Positions 10,648-22,600 of a stretch of 64,000 nucleotides of DNA are shown piece by piece. Both the position numbers and the translations under genes were made by a program. The stretch comes from Octopus vulgaris (taxonomy: Eukaryota), in contig OX597840.1 of assembly GCA_951406725.2 (NCBI GenBank), positions 7,192,001 to 7,256,000 on the forward strand, read 5' to 3'. The notes under the pieces are model-generated. The model saw only the letters and a program-made list of their open reading frames with translations, made no database searches and was not told the DNA's origin. How positions within the stretch are numbered: position 1 is the first letter of the stretch; the number at the start of each line of letters is the position of its first letter.

Positions 10648-13600
10648 CTGTTCAAGTTAAAAGGGCATATCATCAGAATGAGTAGTAAGATCAAGGGAGA
10701 TATAAATATATATTTTATAAATATATATCTTAAAATATATATATACATATATATATATTACATAAATGTAAATTATGTAAATATATATATATATTATATA
10801 AATATATATCTTAAATATATATATTATGTAAATATACATATATAAATATACATTATGTAAATATATATTGTATTAAATATATATTATATAAATATATTTT
10901 GTAAATATATATAAATATGTAAATATATATCAATATATATTATATAAATATATTCATGCAAATAAGTCTGCAAATATATATTATATATCAAATATATAAA
11001 TATGTATTTATCATGATTATTATATATATGTAACAAATATATTATATAACAAGAGAAAGGCAAATAGCATTATAGGAAGGACGCATGTAAAACAGTTACG
11101 GAATATACTGAATGCTACAAGTCTTAGTAGAGAGGACTAGTGAAATGAAACCTGAAATAAAAACTGTATAAGATTTTAGGTTGGGTGAGTATGGAATCAA
11201 ATACAGAACCATTATTGAAACAGTCCTATTAAAATCTAATGTCTATTAAGGATATAGACATTTCTCGAAGTTAGTAGTTATAATCAGTAAGGAGCTGTCA
11301 CAAAATTAATTTAATTAAATCCTTAAAAGCAATTAAATTTACTATGGCCCTCTACTGAAAACCCTTCATAAGTTGAGTTATTTTATTAGCAACTCATTTG
11401 GAAGGGGCCAGTTTTGTTTTTATGGAAAAGGCATCCATATGTGACAAAACTGCTAAGTTTTAAATGTTAGTTTGCAGCTACTACTTATAAAGAAATTTTA
11501 AAAAGCATCTGAAAGAACAGATACTGATTTAACTTTCAGTAAATATTAAATATTCTTGCAAGTTTCCAATAAGTAGAAAGTAACAGTTTCTGTTCTACAA
11601 AAAACTAGTTAGTCGTAAATTGACAGTTTTCACTTTTTGTAACATATCCCTGGAAAAACAAGGCCAACAACTTCAAAACTGCAGTTCAGTGGAAGTTCTC
11701 AGGGATTCATTAGACAGGAGTACAAGTGAATTCCAAATACCAGTTTCAATGATAGAACGGTGTTCACAAAAGTGTTTTGTAGAATTTAGCTCTAGATCAA
11801 CCTGATTAAGTAGATCTATAAGTCGAAATAATTCTTGCCATATCCAATACCTCTTCCAGAAGGCATGAGTAACTTGTCCTTCTTTATAAAACAACAGAAG
11901 GGAAATTTGGTGGCTATTTCTAGCAAGCTGTGTGACAGCTTAGAGGGTCCCTCATTAGCTCAAGCTGTCTGAGAGCACATGCAGATTCACAAATTGAGAA
12001 GTAAGCTCCGATGTTATCACTTAAAGTACTTGTCTTGATATCTTGTTATTTCTATCTATACATATATATAAAAACTGATATATCTATACACATATATACA
12101 TAAAAAGGTGTCCCAAAAACTGTATACACACTTTAACAGCTAATAACTCAATTGTCATTTCTTTTTAGATTTATAATGAAGGGAGCCCGACTAAGCTTTG
12201 TACAAAATGCATCTACTCTAATGGGCCACTGGCAGTCAAAGAGCAAAAGACAGTTTAGGAGGGACTTTCAAATATATTCAGCTACATGACTTATCAATCA
12301 GTTGAATAAGAGAACAGACGGTACTGCTCAGAATATCCATGACTATCAACAAGTTCCATAAAGCATAAAAGAGTACCAGAAACATATTGCAAGAATTCAA
12401 GAAAATTTGTGCCCCGAGTCATGAGATGGGAATTTCAAAATTAAGGGTCCCTTGCATTTTGAAAGGTCTGGAGTTTTCCAAGTGGTACTTGGAAAGATGT
12501 GTAGAAGACTAAAACTTTTCAACGAAAGTTGCTTGAATGCGGATACATTTATACCAAATGGCTCCAGTTAACTATCGAAAGTTAGTTTACCAGGAGTTCT
12601 CTAAAGTGTGACTAAACAGGATTGATTGAACTGTTCTTTCTTAGTGATACTGTAACGACTCCCATTTATTTGCAATTGCTGCAACTGTGTCAAGGGAAAC
12701 CTTCAAGAGGACTTTGTAGATGTGGAATTTTATTTCCAGCAAGATGAGGCACCCCCACACAATCCAAGTAATATAAGGGCCTACATTTGATCATAAAGCC
12801 TTATTAGTAGAAAACCCTCTGCAGTCACTAGGCTTTGTTTTTTTTTTTTTTTGTATGGGAATACTGAAACTTTCAGGTACAAAGCTCATAAAAAGAAAAA
12901 ACAGAAAAAGAAAATCGAGTGCAACCATTGAACACATCTACACACAAATACCAAACAAAATACATTTAAAATTGACGGATATTTGTTCTCATCTTTGTTA
13001 ACACGTTTCGGATGATATACACTTCAACCTTCATCATGTGTCTTGGGGAAATTTCGAACCTGGGTTCCCTTTCCTAAGGTATTTTTCATTATTATTGTTA
13101 TTATTATTATTCAGGACACTGCATGAAATAGAATTTTGGGGTTAGTAGCCCGCGCTCTTAACCACTACGCCATATGGCATTGTGGTTAAGAGCACGCACT
13201 ACTAACCCCAAGATTCCGAGTTCTATTCCTGGCAGTGACCTGAATAATAAAACAATAACATCGAAAAATACCTTAGGAATGAGAACCCAGGTTCGAAATT
13301 TCCCAAAGACACCTGATGAAAGTTGGAGGGTATATCAGCTAAAACGTGTTAACAACAAACAAGATGAGGACAAATATCCGTCAATTGCAAATAATGTACA
13401 TAATTCCTCATCTCTTAAATATAGGAACTGCACCAAACAAAATGTTTCAATATTTGCTATTCCACCGGTTCACATTATGAGCTTGCATGTGAACCAGAAT
13501 GTTCAGTTTGAAAACAGGCATTCACAATTGAAATTTTGCCTACAGATTCTATTAAATTTTCAAACTGTATTTTAATGAACACTAACTTTATAATCCTCCA

Positions 13601-16600
13601 ATGTGTGTGTATACATTTTTGGTGGGATACCCTATATATATATGGACAAATTAGATAGCAACTTAGGTGAAGATTTCAAATCCTTATTGTCAAACAAAAT
13701 CATGGTACAAGAAAGAAAAAAAGTAAAGACAACAGCTATATTCCTAACTTGGTCATTACAAATGATAGTTTTCAGATGACTTGCAGCCAAGATATTATAG
13801 ACAATTTATCGGTACAAATATGATCGACTATGTTATTATATATAACCAAATATATTTCTATTCACTAAATACAACAAATGGAAAAGATTAAGTGAAAGGT
13901 TCCAAAAGAATTTTAAAAAATATGTAATATTTTAAAGAAACATCAATATAGAAAATAAAACAGGAACTGGTACTGGCTCATTTATAATCAATAATAGACG
14001 TAGTCACAAATAGCTACTCGACTCCTCTACACACTTTTATATAAAAAACAGTGTGCGGAGTGCATGCATGAAAGAGCAATTATTTAACACCCGTTACTAT
14101 TACTTTGGAATAGGAGGCAAAGCATGCTTTTTTTTTATATATCTGAAAGTCACTCTACATGAAGCCAAAATACCAATTGTCCCAATGAAGTTTTCCCAAT
14201 AGAACACAAGAAATGTAATAAGTGTCAAATATTCACTTTCATGGAGTTTATATTTGAAGAGCATCAAACGTGTTGGAGAGTCCCATAGGCAACCGTTGAC
14301 ACATTTCATATTAAAAATGAAGTTCAAGTGAACATCCTAATATTCTATTCAGTTTTATTGCAAAGAACTGAATTAGATGGCTTCTTGGTATCGCCAAAAA
14401 AAAAACCCACAGGGGTTTTATACCACCAAGATCATTTTTACACTGTGATAAGAAAGATATCACAGAAACAAAATATTGAATTACAAAATTTTGATTAAAG
14501 CTGTATTAAAAAATACATAAATTTGTAGGATAAATAGAGTGCGCATAATAGGAATTGTTTTTACAGTATGTGCCAAATCAATTTATTTTACTGAAGTTGT
14601 TTTGTATTAGCGGTACACAAGTGGAGATTTGATACAATTTTACATATAGAAATGTGATAGTATAATTGAATAAGTTTCACTTAGGTGAATTGTCCTGGAG
14701 AAACTCACTAAGAAAGTATATGAAATTACTCAAATAGCAATTGATATATGGCCTAGAACTAGCAATGTAAACCAGGTTTATAAATGACTGCTATTTATAT
14801 CACAAGATTAAACATTGTCAAGTGAAGACTGAATCCAACACGAGTCTACCAAGACAACTATCATAGATTCCACATGATCGGAGTCAATGCTTACGTCACA
14901 ATACTATAACCCTAACTGAAGTGGGGGTAGGGAAAAACAAACTTTTCTTTACATCAAGTTCAGCAGCTTGGATTTGGTCAACACATACAAATCAATAAAC
15001 GTTATTTTAAAATAGATTTCTTGTTAAACAAATCCTAGATAATTTATATGTGGAGATGAAGCTGGAGTTTATTTTTCACAATACTATAAACACAATTATG
15101 AAAACTGACCAAAAATGGTCAGGATTTTTTTCTTCTTCCCCGGTACTGATTTTGGTTGTTTCAGCTACCAATTTTTTTTTTTTTAATTCTCCAACTGATT
15201 GGGGTGAAATTGTGTAAAGATGAGACACAAGACCCAAGGACCATTAAAAAGAGAAACTTGTATAGCTACCGCTCTAAATTACATATACAACTTCAATGTA
15301 CCAGGATATTTTTCAATCCACTTGGAGGTGGGGGGGATTTTTGAAAAAATTTATAGGTCCTTTAAATCAGCAACTATAAATAAAATTTTCACTTACCATT
15401 CTGTTGGGGACACTTTGATTCATTTTAACCTAAAAGGATACAGTTAAATATATAAGCAAAAGTAAAACATTTATTCAAGTTTTTATTTTAGTTCACATAA
15501 AACCCAAGAATGAAAAGAAATTCGAAGAAAAGAGTTATGTAACATTTACCATAGAATTTGCAGTCATTCCTCCACCCGTTGGGCCTCCACCCATATTAGA
15601 GTTGCTAGTATTGCCACTGCCACCAGGTCCTCCACCCATGTTCTGTCCACCCATAGGTCCTTGGTTACTGTAATTGTAACCACCACTCATACTTCCTCCA
15701 CCAGTCATCTACAAAATGAAATCAATTGTCGGTTATCTACTCTTCAGTTCAAAACAAACAAGCTCCACTTGTGATACAAATATGCAATATTTAAAAAGCA
15801 CTGAGATTATAAAACCCATTGAGCTTTCATTAAAAAAAAAATTTACCTGATTCTGGCCAGGTCTGTCAAGTCCCATAGCTGCAGGAGGTGGGGGAGGTGG
15901 TGGGAGAGGAGGTGCACCAGTGTTGGTGTTTCTACCTCTCTGTTGATTATCATTCATTGCTGGACTACCACCCTACAGAGAAAATAAATGCTAGTTTAAC
16001 TATCAACAACAGACTTGTTACTATTACTGACATCACTGATTGCATGCTACGACAGCCAATGAAAATACACCAAGTTTTTAAGTGGAACAAGAAAAAAAAA
16101 CCCGCTTCCATACATCACTATTTGAAACTAAACAAAACATTTCTGGTGACTTATGTAATGTATTGTAGCAACTAACATAATACCATCTTTATTATATAAA
16201 GCACTGATAAAGTAAAGTTCCAAGAATATGAAGCTATTTGAACCAAGAGAAAGTACTGAAATTCCAATCAAGTTAACTAGTATTTTTTAAGTATAATAAA
16301 ATTCTTAAACTGATTAAATTTTTTAAATGTGAAAGGTTCTGAACACAGAACCTCTCTATATTCTTATAATTCCTTACATTTTTCTAAGAACATTTTTGTA
16401 AATGAAAAAAGCATGAAATTTGAATGAAATTCAAAATGCACAAAAAACAATTTAATATAATTCAAATTTTTCTGCATGGGCTGCAGGACAAACATAGGTC
16501 AAGCGGAACAATTCAACTCTAAAATTAAAAAAAAGAAAAAAAGCACTTGCCTGTCTTCCCATCATATCCCCTGGCCGATCCCTACCCATAGATTCTTGTC

Positions 16601-19600
16601 CCATTTGTCGACGACGAATTTCCTGGGATCTCAACAGTAAATCTGTACGCCTTCGGTCGTCTTCTTGCCGTCGCCTTTCTTCGTCCTGGCGCCTGTTTGG
16701 ATATCAATTTAAGAGAAAATTTATATAAGTAAAAATTGTCCAAACTTCTGAGCAGAAAACGATACATTCAGGCAATTAAGTTTTTCGTATGGAAAAAAAA
16801 GAAAACAATTTACCTCATTTCTAATTCTTGCCTACGGCGAATTTGTTCTTGTTGACGTATTTCTTCAAGTCTTCTAAGTTCTTCCTGCTGTCGCAGTAAG
16901 TCTTAAGGGAAAGTACAGTAAAAGATTATTGAAAATTGGCTGCAATGAATAAGGACAACACACACTACACATTCTACTACATTACCTGTGCCCACTGATG
17001 TCAGTTTCTATACAATCAGATATTCAACAACACATATCTGAAAAGGGAGGGGAAATCAACACTCAAGATAAAAACATACCTTGACGGATCATTTCAGCTT
17101 GTTGTTCAAACATTGCATTTTCCATTTCATCTTCCAATTTGAGGCGAGACTCTTCCATAGCTTTCTTGACACCTTCATGCTGTTGTTTCTCAAGTTCTTC
17201 AAGTTCTTTCCAGCGCAGACCGAACTCATATTCAAAAGAGCCGGGAGGTGCAAAGCGGGGTTCTGATTCTCTGTCCCTGTTATCATTAAGGTAAATATTT
17301 AGTAACGAGTATATTAAGAAAAAGTTTACGAGTAGGCTAGAAATACAAGAAAATTCGGAAAACTCACTTCTTGTAGGCATCAGTTTTATTGATGAACTTT
17401 TCCGGATATCCATCTTCTTCGTCCTTTTGGTCAAGGGGTTCGACTGTCACTGGACGTGGAGCACTATTTAAAAGATGATGAGTTAAGATTTCAAAATTGG
17501 CAAGACATTGAAAATTGTCAACATTAATAAGAAAGAAAAAAAAAAGAATTTACTTACGATGACAGAAGAAAAACACCCTCAGTTATTCTTTTATATGCGG
17601 CTTGAGCACCAGGTTTTCTTGCAAACTCTACAATTCCTTCACCTGTTGGCCGACCTCTATCATCAACTATGACAACTGCTCGTTCAACCTCACCAAATTG
17701 GGAAAATGCTTGATGTAACAATTCATTAGAGACGTGTTGTGATAGATTTTTCACTTTTAAGGCAGAACCTAATGATGCATAACGAACACGCAGTGTTCTT
17801 CCTTTGCGTTGCATGCCATCAAGAGCAGCTTTTGCGGCTTCTGCATTGTGACGATAATCCTACAGAAAAGAGGAAGATAAAATGGGGGGAAAATATTACC
17901 AATAAATAATTTGAACTACATCTCACAAATTCTCTATTAATTGCCTATAACAGCTGCAATATTCAAATTAGAGCAAGTGCAAACCCTAACTCATTTTTGT
18001 ACTAACATTGCCTTGATGTTGGAAAGAGTCCAGCTATCAAAGTCTGATAAACTTTTGCCAAAGTCAAAATAATGAGTTATTGATCAACTACATAAAGGAG
18101 CAATCTATGTATTTAAAAATAAAATTTATCAGATAACTACATATTTGTTAAGTGGGAATAAATGGCATGTGTAAGAGGTTATTACCAACAAAAACAGTAT
18201 GGCATTTTGTCATCATAATTGTGTGTTTAAGCCTTCAATAACTTCCTAAACAAAATTATATATTTCAGGTGTTTTGCTTACTATTAACATTTAGAATTTA
18301 TATAATACCGTTGGGATATATTCAACAAATAATCACGTTTATGCATATGTTTTTATAGCATAATATCTACTTTTGATTGAAGTTGAAACAGCTTTAAACC
18401 TCAAAATTTTTTTCTCAAATATTTGTAAGCTGTCTTCTAAATCCACACCATGTTTAATCAAGATATATTTTACTATTTTCCACGACACATTCAATCTTAC
18501 AAAGCCATTACTTTTCACCAAGACTACAAAATGTATTCGACATTTGTTATGGCCATCTCATCTGAAAAGCCACACTAGTGTTATCACATCAGAGATTATC
18601 AAATTTTACCGTGAATTGAAATATTAATGAAAGCAAATAATTCATTACAAAGGTGGAGTTTAAAAACATCTTGAAATCTATCTGTATGATGATACACCAC
18701 AAACTATTTTATCATCTGATGTTATTCATCAGTATGAAGTTCTCCATAACAGAATTCTAATTCAGTTTTTAGGTGTCTGTATGTGCACACATATACATAC
18801 ACAAATACATATTCAAAAATGTGTCTGTATGTACACACATATACATACACAAATACATATTCAAAAATGTATATTGAGAGAGGAATAGAGCTATAAAGAT
18901 ATTTTAATATGCCTCTATATCTCATTTCGAGTTGAATTTAACTGAGAATGCTAAAGCTCGAGATATATAACCTTAAAATTACGTGTGCCTGATTGCTGGC
19001 AACTTTCCAAAAAAGAGACTTCACATTTTTCACTGTCTATAACCTCAAACATACTTTCCACCTCACCACACAACAGTTCTAAAACACACTATTCATATCT
19101 TGTCAACACAGCCACTCATTTCCATTAGCCTCATCATATTCAAGTAAAAATCTAGAACACTGATGCATCAGTATGAGATAAAAGTTTTTGTTTTATCATG
19201 ATTTAAACTATTAAGATGACCAACAGAGCCATTTTCTATATATTTAACTAGCAGTATCGCCCGGCATTGCTCGGGTTTGTAAGGGAAATAACTATAGAAG
19301 CATTTTTAGAGAGTTATAGCCAAAAAATGGGGGGGGATGATGGGTTTTTTTTTTAATCGTTGACTCATCGTAGACATTTTTAGAGAGTTACTTCCCTTAT
19401 ATAATAGCGAATAAATGCATTAAAATGGGGGAAAATGATGGTAAATTATTTTTAAAATTGTAGACTCATGCTAATACCCAAAAGATACACGCTTTTGGTT
19501 ACACTGCACCGCAAAATGTGGGAGTAGTTAGGAATCTAAATCGTAGGAGACAGACACACAACTTGACTTTTATATATAAAGATTAACTATGCAGAAATCC

Positions 19601-22600
19601 TAATACTTCATAAATACAAAACCAGAAAAATTTACGCTGAAATCAGTATTCAACAACAAATTCTGGATGTGATAAATTTTTTTTTTAAAGTACCACAACT
19701 GACTCCTGATTAATAAGCTTCTGAAAACAGAATCAGCTATAATTATATTCAGTATTACAAAGAACCTCTATGATTTTGTTAATATTTATTAAGAGCTTAA
19801 TTTTTTTTAAGGCTAAATTCTTATTTTTACTCATATTTGTTGATACATCAACATACTTGATTTATAACAAAGTTTTTTGAGTAACTACTCATAACAACAT
19901 TCTTAAACAGAAAAATAGCCGTAGTTTCTTTAATTCCTAATTTGACCATATGCTTTAGGAAATCAATCACCATCAGACATCCTCTTTCCATGTTGGCATG
20001 GCCTAGGCCTGTCAACATTTAAGGGATACTGCTCCCAAAAACTGGTTGGTGCATGTTCTTGTGCTACCAACACTAAATTGGCTGAAATCCAACACCTTCT
20101 CTACTGATTGTCCTATCACTTTACACTTGTGCTACTTACATCTTTGTAGTACCAGCCCAAGGGAAATTACCTCACTCATCTGCAGAGGGAGCACAGAAGG
20201 TTCAGTTGAAATATATGTAAAAACCTTAAACGAGTAGAATTCCTTAGACATTATGTCCTAAAAACCACAAGGTATTTATGCTGTACATAGACTACTATAT
20301 GCACACAATATTGGCACTACCCTACACGACACGAGTTCAAGAAATTAAAAGTACACTTCAGTAATTCTTATTAGAAACAAAAATTAAATGCAGAAATATA
20401 CTCTATGAATGAATGCATTTATGGATTGAGTACTTTGTTGTGCCATCTCATCATCTAAAACATTTTAATTAAGTTCAAATGAATTTGATTTATAAATTAA
20501 ATTGAAACTATACTATTTCTATTAAAACATCATGTCCTAAAAATTAAACAAAATCAGTAGCCATTTAAATTCAGATATTTTGAGAATTGAAACTCATGAA
20601 ATGAGGTCACTATTTTTCTAAAAGCTGACCTTAGAAATTAGAATTCTTGACCTTGAAAATCAAATACAAATTAGAACCCAAGAAGGATGGAATTGAAAAA
20701 CTGTTAACACAGGGATAACTTTTAAAACTAATGACTTAAAATATCTTCCATTTTTTTCTTTTCAAATGAAAAGCAAGTAAAAGTGATTCAGGAATGGTTT
20801 AGACAATTACATATATGGAGGATATTTTTTTTATTCTGCCCATCTAACAGCAAGTAATTTCTCATCTCCATTTAACCCATTAACAACTAAAACACAGGAA
20901 AGAAAAGTAGTCTATTTTTTGATGAATCACATGTAATGCTCAGAAGAACAAAGCAAAAGTAATGGTTGTCACAAGACATTATGGTTGCATAAGTATTCTA
21001 GCAGCTTTAATACACACAAGATGGTGATTTGGCACTAACATTAGCACAACAAAATTCCTTGAAGTATTTAGTTCATACTCTTTACATTCTGGGATCAAAC
21101 CTGCTTGTCAATTGTCATGCAGCTTTTTGAGAACCAAAAAATAAGTTACTACTCTAGTACTAGATTCAAATTAATAGTAATAATAGTCATTGATGACCAG
21201 GTTTCTCAGCAAGACATTGAGAACTTGCGACTGAGGATAAATGACTTCTTTCTTATATTTCAGTATCTTAGGAGCAACAACTTTAGGTATCATTAGCTTC
21301 ACAAGAGAATATCATGTTACATCAATCTTAAAATTTAATGAGGGTATGTGATGCCCCAGTCATCCTAGCCAGAATGGAATTTGACAGAAAACAGCAAAAA
21401 TGTCTAATCAACAATCAACCAGGTTAAAATATGTGGACAAACATGGACACATCCATATTTACTTGGGTGTCTGTAAAGAGGAGTACAGTTATGAAATTCA
21501 CTTTTCAACTATATGGTTTCAAGTGTAATCCCATTACATGGTATGTTGGGAAAGTTTTCAGCAATAAGCCTCAAGTTAACCACAGCTCTAACTGAAATTT
21601 TGTAGGTGGAAACTGTACATGTGCACATGAACCATGTCTGCACTAATATCAATGTGGACAGCACTTTCAACCAATGGGATAAGCATTTATACCTCAAAAA
21701 ATTCTTGTCCAATTCATACCAGCACAGAAAAGGGACAAAGGGTAATTAAAACATCATTTAATTTTCTGTGCAAAGTACAAGGTGAAATACCTTGTATTAC
21801 AACATTAATGTCAGGAAGTATAATTTATTTCAAGTAATACTCATAGCCACTCCAACATGGCTATCATCTGAATGGACTCTGCAATTTTTAACCCCAAAAG
21901 GACATCCCCACTAGCTGGTTATTTCAATTAAAATTAGATTGTAAAGAATGTTCTGGGCTAAGTAGACCACCCTAAATTTCTTTTCCAATAGAAAATGGGG
22001 GAATTTTTTTTCTTTTCTAACATGAAAATTTACAAATCGTTAGAAAAAAATCCACAAATTGGATATCTGAAATCTTTCTCCAACCACAACACAATTGCTC
22101 CCCACCCCCATATACGTAACTATACTTTTTTAGAAAGATTCTGAAAATGTTATTTATGGTCACTTGCTTACTTCAGGTGCAGAGAAGTAGAGACGTCTGA
22201 AATAGTCAATGTTACTGCTTGATGTCACAACTATGTACTACATAAATGCAGAACATCCAAGATCCTAGAAAGAGTGGGGGATTTTTCTTCACATGAGCAC
22301 GAGATGATCTACCATGTCACCAGACTTGTAAAAATTAAATTTCTTAGGGATATAAGTGTCTATAGGATATGTCATTTAACTTAATTTCCTAAGTCTGCCC
22401 TACACAATGCAAAATGAATCAAACATGTACTAAGAAACCTGGAAGAGGCAGACGAAATTAGGATGGTTGAGTAAAGATACTTTGAGAATATGGCAATGGC
22501 CAGGAAGAGAGTGCACAATATCATTTGCTCAAATAGCTGCTATATTATCAACAGTTTCTCTCTATTCAGCTGTTGTTAATTCATTACTACCATGTTGGAT

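Noticed and set aside
13175-13245. tRNA-like sequences here and at 49833, 48378 and the SINE A heads
   Set aside because: No intact cloverleaf or acceptor stem; they continue into multi-copy repeat bodies, so they are SINE heads rather than tRNA genes.
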